Shown: positions 26,677-32,000 of the stretch, one piece after another
How the letters are laid out: each line of letters starts with the position of its first letter
Position numbering within the stretch: the first letter of the stretch is position 1
Assembly: GCF_000253055.1 (NCBI RefSeq)
Contig: NC_016070.1
Location: forward strand, 750,001-782,000
Origin: Thermoproteus tenax Kra 1
GTDB taxonomy: Archaea > Thermoproteota > Thermoprotei > Thermoproteales > Thermoproteaceae
Direction of reading: 5' to 3'
Length of the DNA stretch: 32,000 bases
Program-made: the position numbers and the translations under genes
Notes under the pieces: generated by a model
Told to the model about the DNA's origin: nothing
What the model saw: only the letters and a program-made list of their open reading frames with translations
The model's database searches: none

Positions 26677-28251
26677 GTGAATATTTACAATTTCCTCATG
26701 AAGGGTATTGAGAGAACCGATCTGGATCCGTTGAGATTCAGACAGACAATAAGGCTGTCTCTCCTGGGGGGTTCCGCCCTATTAGCCCTTGGTATATTCC
26801 TGACTCTTGTTAAGGCCTTTCCGATAGGTCCGCTGCTCCTTGGTCTCGGCGTATTCCTCCTCTTCATGCCTAGACTAATCATAAACGTGCGCGCCGCCTC
26901 CATAAGGGAGATGCTCAACATGGAGATCCCGTTCTTGACGGTGCTTGTGCAGATGACCTTTGCAACAAAGGCGCCTTTAGAGCTCGCCATACAGAGGATG
27001 ATGCGATATAGAGAGCTGCCGGGCATCAGAACGCTGGCTACCACTGCGTGGAATAATACGCGCATGCTCGGCATGGAGCCGCTAGACGGATTAAAGAGGG
27101 CCGTTGAGAAGCTGGCCCCTCAAAAGCTGATCTACCGCTTTAACTCACTCTACACAGCCCTAAGGGTCGGGGAGGACATAATAGCGAAGCTCGCCTTGTA
27201 TATGGACATGGACATGGTCGAGTTCTCCTCTGGTATGCAACGGAGGATGGACTCCTTGGTCTCGGCCATATCGGCAACAATAGTGGGCCTAGCAATGGTG
27301 TCTGTCACGGCTGTAGTCGTGGGCAGAGGCAACGCAGGCGTCTTTGTGTTGATGGGAGGCCTCCTACCTGCTGTGATGGGGGCCATAATGGGCATGATAA
27401 TCAACGTCCCGTTATTGAAGATGGACTTCAGAATATGGCCGCTTATCTTCGCCCTGCTGTCGGGCATAACGATGATAATATTGGGCTTCTTCCTGAACTT
27501 CGGCGTGTATACTCCTCTGGCCGCTGCAAGCGTATCCGCCCTAGGCTATTTTCTGACTAAGGAGAAGATAAATGCTAGATCATTTGAGAGAGGCTTCATG
27601 GACTTCTCATACGTAGTTTTGGACGAGCTGAAGCGTTCGCCCTCCGTGGTGCGCGCCATAGAGAACGCAGTAACTTACGGAAACTTCGGCGACTTCACGC
27701 CCAGAGCTGCATCTATGTTGACGGCTATTAAGTCCGGAATATCTGAGCTGGAGGAGGTGGTAGTTAGGGGAATGCAGCCGCTGATGGCCATCATCTCAAG
27801 GATCTTCTTCGACATCCACAGGCTGGGCACTCTTCCCCGCTCAACGATAGACCAACTTCAGAACTTTGTCGCAAAGCTCTTCGACTACAGAGAACAGCTA
27901 AGTAAGTCCTTGGGAATAGTGAGGTTGCTGGCCGTGCTCGGAGCCGCGATGGTGGCCTTCGTCAATGCATCTATGATCATAATGACCCAAGCCATGGCCG
28001 GCGTATCCGGCGGTGGCGCAGCGCCGGTTGCTGGCATGGCCGCCGGCGGCATAGGCATGAACTTCCTCTATCTAGCATTCGGCATGTTGGCCATAGGATA
28101 CTACTTCCTCTTCGCCAAGGTCAGCTTCTCAACGCGCGGAGGCCTTATATATCTCTCCATATTCTACATCTCCATGTTCCTCGTGATCACCGTCACAACT
28201 AGCGTATTAAAGCCGCCGAGCAGCTCCTCATCATCGTTAGGATTGCCATGA
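26677..28251 (+). CDS. Archaeal TadC / type II secretion system F-domain membrane platform protein
   Basis: 524 aa with ~7-9 TM segments and 'LNMEIPFLTVLVQMTFATKAPLELAIQRM...' and 'EDIIAKLALYMDMDMVEFSSGMQRRMDSLVSAISAT' features of FlaJ/TadC proteins. Confidence 0.87.
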   Translation: MNIYNFLMKGIERTDLDPLRFRQTIRLSLLGGSALLALGIFLTLVKAFPIGPLLLGLGVFLLFMPRLIINVRAASIREMLNMEIPFLTVLVQMTFATKAPLELAIQRMMRYRELPGIRTLATTAWNNTRMLGMEPLDGLKRAVEKLAPQKLIYRFNSLYTALRVGEDIIAKLALYMDMDMVEFSSGMQRRMDSLVSAISATIVGLAMVSVTAVVVGRGNAGVFVLMGGLLPAVMGAIMGMIINVPLLKMDFRIWPLIFALLSGITMIILGFFLNFGVYTPLAAASVSALGYFLTKEKINARSFERGFMDFSYVVLDELKRSPSVVRAIENAVTYGNFGDFTPRAASMLTAIKSGISELEEVVVRGMQPLMAIISRIFFDIHRLGTLPRSTIDQLQNFVAKLFDYREQLSKSLGIVRLLAVLGAAMVAFVNASMIIMTQAMAGVSGGGAAPVAGMAAGGIGMNFLYLAFGMLAIGYYFLFAKVSFSTRGGLIYLSIFYISMFLVITVTTSVLKPPSSSSSSLGLP

Positions 28252-29757
28252 GCGCCCGCGGCCTAGGCTTCAAAATAGAGCGATGTCCCGGCGTGCCTGT
28301 TGAAGAGTACGGCGTAGAGGGCGCCCGAATAACCATACATAAGTTCGAAGACGGCTACTGCTATTCGGTCAATTACGCCTTTCCCTATTCAGACAAGGTG
28401 GGCGAATACGTATACAAGATAGTCGAGTACCTCACGGCGAGACAAGTAGTGCGCCCCGATATGACCAGAGAGGAGTTAGGCAAGCTGATCGAGATGGCTA
28501 TGGCCGACGTGGGGGTACCGAAGCCTTTAAGGGCGCCGGTGCGTTTCTACGTCCAACTGGAGGCCGCAGACTACTCCTATCTGACGCCGCTGCTGTATGA
28601 TGTGAAGCTCGAGAACGTCAATATAAACGGGACCGATAATCCAATATACGTCGATCACAGAGATTATGGCTACAATATCAAGACGAACATAGTCCCCACC
28701 GACAAGGAGGTCATATTGAGAATTGTAAGTAGAGTCTATGCGGAGACCGGCAGACCGCTCAACGAGCAGTATCCTATTCAGGACACCTACCTCCGGCTTT
28801 CCAACGGCGCCCTATTAAGGTTCGCCACTGCGATGTCAAATAAGACCTCGCGCAATCCGCCGTATGTCTCAGTCCGTATCCAGCCTCCGGAGCCCATCTC
28901 TCCGACTAAACTCATAAAGAACAAGACCATCTCCGCTCTAGGGCTCGCCTATCTGTGGTATTTGTTCGAGAACCTATCTGTGGTATTTGTTCGAGAATCT
29001 GAAGTCTATAATGATAATCGGAGGCACTGGCTCTGGCAAGACCACGTTGTTGAACGCGTTACTAGTTCTACTGCCGCATAAACGTATAGCCGTAGCTGAG
29101 GAGACTCCCGAGATACGCCTGCCCAAGAGCTTCACAAATTCAGTGCTACTATTCACATCTCCATTATACGACTATCAGAAAAATCTGCCAGGCTCAGAAT
29201 CTGCTATATACCTAATAGACCTTGTCCGCTTCTTGCTCCGCGCGAGGCCGGACATCGTCGTCATAGGGGAGAGCCGCGGCCGCGAGATACACGAACTGAT
29301 CCAAGGAATCTTGACGGGACACGGCGGAGCCACTACGTTCCACGCCGAGGATATGGTGGAGGCGTTCATGAGAATGACTGGGGAGGCCATGGGCGTATCG
29401 CCCGAACACATCTCGGCGTTCAGCGCGGTGGCCGTAGTCAGAAAGTTCGATTGGGGAAGAAGAGTTACATCTCTGACCGAGATAGTTTGGCTTAGAGCGT
29501 ACCCCTTCCCTGCCTTAAACCGCATTAAGATCAAAGAGGAGGAGTTCGGTCTAGTGGAGGTGGGCACCTACGACCGTAATAAAGACACGTTCACGGTCGA
29601 TTTAAAACGCTCCTTCTGGCTCCAGAAGCTTGGAGGCGTTGAGGAGGTTATGGCGCGTGCCGAGCTGCTCCAAGCCTTAGCAGATAAAGGCGTTATAGAC
29701 GCAGAGGCCGTGGCGGAGGCCGTCAGACAGTATTACAGACTGAAGAGGAAGATATGA
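28248..29757 (+). pseudogene. TadA/PilB-like secretion ATPase (GspE/VirB11 superfamily) gene split by a 25-bp tandem duplication
   Basis: ORF 28248..29081 carries the N-terminal domain; ORF 28987..29757 carries Walker A '[12 protein letters not shown]', Asp box 'AVAEETPEI', Walker B-type 'RARPDIVVIGESRGREI' and His box. Removing one 25-bp copy gives 1485 nt = 494 codons + stop reading '[26 protein letters not shown]'. It could be an intact gene interrupted recently or reversibly. Confidence 0.9.
28948..28997 (+). repeat. Perfect 25-bp direct tandem duplication
   Basis: cctatctgtggtatttgttcgagaa at 28948-28972 and again at 28973-28997. Confidence 0.98.
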
Positions 29758-29972
29758 TACTATATGGTTCTCCGGAGGAGATAAGGGGAGCTTTAGAGGA
29801 TGAGGCCGCCAAACTTATGTCCTTAAAGGGGAAAGACCCACATCTTGATAAATATATAGATAATAAACTGAAAGTATTGAAAGAATGTTTTAATAAACTA
29901 AAAAATATCCATTCTAATTATATACAGATTATTGCGATTTCTTCGTGTGATATAATAGAATTAGGTCAATAG
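29754..29972 (+). CDS. Small hypothetical protein, translationally overlapping the TadA-like gene
   Basis: 72-aa ORF starting in the stop region of the ATPase gene (ATGATA overlap). Confidence 0.5.
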   Translation: MILYGSPEEIRGALEDEAAKLMSLKGKDPHLDKYIDNKLKVLKECFNKLKNIHSNYIQIIAISSCDIIELGQ

Positions 29973-30061
29973 TTTAGCCTCCAGGGTTTGGGCTTTAGCT
30001 GTTGTATCAAGGACCCTCTAGGCGTCCATTAATATATATATTATACTTTAAGCCTATAGTT

Positions 30062-30574
30062 ATGAACTTCGAGATATATCCAGCGTTGCTGATAGCTGTT
30101 TTCACGGCATTAGGCGGCTATATAATAAGAGACCTACAAGCGCTATCGATACTGGTAGCCCTCTCCTCGGTCGCGGCCTTTCTGTTGGCTATATTATTCA
30201 ACGCACCTGCGGCGGTCTTAGGTCTCCTTGGCCTGACTGTGGCGGCCGTGAGGATAATACGAAGGCCGGAGCTCAGAACTTGGAGGCAGAGGATATATAG
30301 ATCGAGGAGGAGACTCGAAGAGCTTGAGGAAATGACAAAACAGCTTTCCCGCATCCATATAATGGACCTAGTTCCGGCGGGATCCAAAAGGGCCATCCAT
30401 CCTAAGTTGGTCGAACTGGTCGATATGGCCGATAAAGCTACATCGTTGGGCTACCAAGTCTCAGAGCCTCAGTGGCTGAAAATCCTGAGAACATATAGGA
30501 GACTACTAGGTTCGCAATTCGAGGCCGAGGCGACGACTATAGTGGGCGAAACCGACGTCTTCGAGCTCGAGTAG
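30062..30574 (+). CDS. Small membrane protein with cytoplasmic coiled region
   Basis: Start re-assigned to ATG 30062 (MNFEIYPALLIAVFTALGGYII...). Hydrophobic N-terminal segments then basic/coiled 'RRPELRTWRQRIYRSRRRLEELEEMTKQLS'. Confidence 0.62.
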   Translation: MNFEIYPALLIAVFTALGGYIIRDLQALSILVALSSVAAFLLAILFNAPAAVLGLLGLTVAAVRIIRRPELRTWRQRIYRSRRRLEELEEMTKQLSRIHIMDLVPAGSKRAIHPKLVELVDMADKATSLGYQVSEPQWLKILRTYRRLLGSQFEAEATTIVGETDVFELE

Positions 30575-30589
30575 GGCTCCGTCTAGCAG

Positions 30590-31066
30590 TTAATATAACA
30601 ATATACTTTCAATTCCACTTCTTCTAAGCGCCTTTACTGTCTCAAGGTTGTCGTCAAAATGGGCCGCGATATCTAGACCGGATCTAAGTAGCCTTAAGAT
30701 TGTGTCAGTCTTATAGACAGGATCGGACCGCGCATCTTCAGATGGGCGCATGAACAAGTCCTCGTAGACTACGTTGTACGCGCTCAGCTGGCGTTCCGTA
30801 CACTCTCTCATTGTCTCAGGCCTTCCTGTCACGAGCACAATTTTGAACCCTCTATTATATAAATAATTTATAAAATCTATATTATTAATCTTAGGGCTAT
30901 CTAAGTATAGTTTATTACAATCTAGAAAACATTTCCAGTCTATCGTCGAGCCGTTAATACACATCGATAGCCTCCTCGTTGCATCTATCAATACGCCATC
31001 TATATCGGAGCTCAGCACAATGCGCTGGTCCCACTTGTTAGTCGGCCCTTGAGGGAGCCGCATCAC
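30590..31066 (-). CDS. HAD-like phosphatase
   Basis: 158 aa; motif I 'LSSDIDGVLID', motif II 'IVLVTGR', motif III/IV 'YKTDTILRLLRSGLDIAAHFDDNLETVKALRRSGI'. Confidence 0.78.
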   Translation of the reverse strand: MMRLPQGPTNKWDQRIVLSSDIDGVLIDATRRLSMCINGSTIDWKCFLDCNKLYLDSPKINNIDFINYLYNRGFKIVLVTGRPETMRECTERQLSAYNVVYEDLFMRPSEDARSDPVYKTDTILRLLRSGLDIAAHFDDNLETVKALRRSGIESILLY

Positions 31067-31382
31067 TATATCTTATAATGCCCAACTGTTCGGCGATCTT
31101 CAGGTACCAAAATGCGAGATGGCGCGCCAGAGAGGACAGAGCTCTCTCGGCGTCGGAGGCCCCGAAGATCTCAGAATAGGCCGCTGTGGCGGATTCTGGA
31201 TCTAGTCTCTCCCTCAACAGCCGTGCAAGCTCTTCAACGACCTCGGAGGCCGGCCTGCCTGACATATCGGCTATAGTCCGCAGTAGCGAGGAGTTGGGTA
31301 TTACTTTGTCTATCAACTCGGCCCTTCCTCTCTCTCGCAACTTCTCGACGTAACGCGCTATAAGCGGGTCGTCGAGCTCCAT
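31038..31382 (-). CDS. Hypothetical protein
   Basis: 114-aa ORF with protein-like composition, overlapping neighbours by ~25 nt at each end as in an operon. Confidence 0.6.
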   Translation of the reverse strand: MELDDPLIARYVEKLRERGRAELIDKVIPNSSLLRTIADMSGRPASEVVEELARLLRERLDPESATAAYSEIFGASDAERALSSLARHLAFWYLKIAEQLGIIRYSDAAPSRAD

Positions 31383-32000
31383 AATATTCTAAACATATCC
31401 ACCATATCGTCGCGTCTGTACTTAGGCTCATAGCCCAACAGCGACCTAAGTTTTTCACACGAGAATTTAATTCCGGCATATTTCAGCAACCCCCTTATTG
31501 ACGGCGGGGCGAGAGCTCTGGCCAGCGCCAGCGGCATGGGCAATTTGACGAGGCGTCGCCCAGCGGCCTCCTCCAGCGCCGTAATGACTTCGTTGAAGCT
31601 CAGCGGCTCGCACTGGGTGGCGAAGAAATACTGCCGGGCAGTGATGTGAACAGCCCTTTCTACTATTTCCGATAGATCGCTTACAGATATGGCCGAGAAG
31701 CTCAAGCTAAGCCTTGGGGCGAGACCCCGCCTTGCCAAGTCCACTAGCTTAGCCCACTCGGGGTGGTCGTTGTAGGGCCCGTAGACAGCAGTAGGCCTTA
31801 TTATGACCCAGTTGTTGGCACACTTAGATATAATGCGCTCTCCCTCGGCCTTAGTTTCATCGAAGTAGGTCGCAGGCCTTATACCCACCAAGTGCTCCTC
31901 CTCCTCTTTAACTGTCGTCCCGATTGGGCCTACCACTGTGGCGCCCGATATATGTATCAAGCGGCCGCTCCATCCGGCTTGACTCAATGCTGAGCATAAC
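31358..32000 (-). CDS. NAD-dependent epimerase/dehydratase (extended SDR), N-terminus outside window
   Basis: 'HISGATVVGP...YFDETKAEGERII...WVIIRPTAVYGP' = SDR Y-x3-K site and RPxxVYGP. The frame is open to the window edge, so the listed start at 31987 is probably not the true start. Confidence 0.87.
   Translation of the reverse strand, partial: LCSALSQAGWSGRLIHISGATVVGPIGTTVKEEEEHLVGIRPATYFDETKAEGERIISKCANNWVIIRPTAVYGPYNDHPEWAKLVDLARRGLAPRLSLSFSAISVSDLSEIVERAVHITARQYFFATQCEPLSFNEVITALEEAAGRRLVKLPMPLALARALAPPSIRGLLKYAGIKFSCEKLRSLLGYEPKYRRDDMVDMFRILWSSTTRL

Overview
The window is an archaeal chromosome segment, most likely from the Thermoproteales (Thermoproteus/Pyrobaculum-like). This placement is inferred from gene content, short leaderless-type gene starts behind TATA boxes, and a tRNA with a non-canonically placed intron. 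Housekeeping content: succinate dehydrogenase/fumarate reductase flavoprotein, PCNA, CBS protein, RavA/ViaA-like MoxR + VWA pair, CDGSH Fe-S mini-protein absent from the ORF track, endonuclease III, M32 carboxypeptidase, Lrp/AsnC-like regulator, intron-containing tRNA-Arg(CCG), Thg1-like protein, thiolase, MptE-like protein, HAD-like phosphatase and a partial SDR epimerase. The most interesting part is 18986-30574, a large type-IV-pilus-like/surface-structure locus. It holds a 472-aa pilin-like surface protein, a 147-aa membrane-anchored protein, a 1185-aa giant exported protein, two back-to-back type IV prepilins with 'MRG^..ALE' leaders, and TadC and TadA homologues. The TadA secretion ATPase gene is split by a perfect 25-bp tandem duplication directly before the Walker A motif. 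Other notable items: a well-formed C/D box sRNA candidate divergent from pcna; a decayed IS200/IS605-type TnpB element with both end hairpins, plus a second solo end (33/38 identical) beside the tRNA gene; and a surface protein built from an internal domain duplication. All family names come from recognised motifs; no searches were run.
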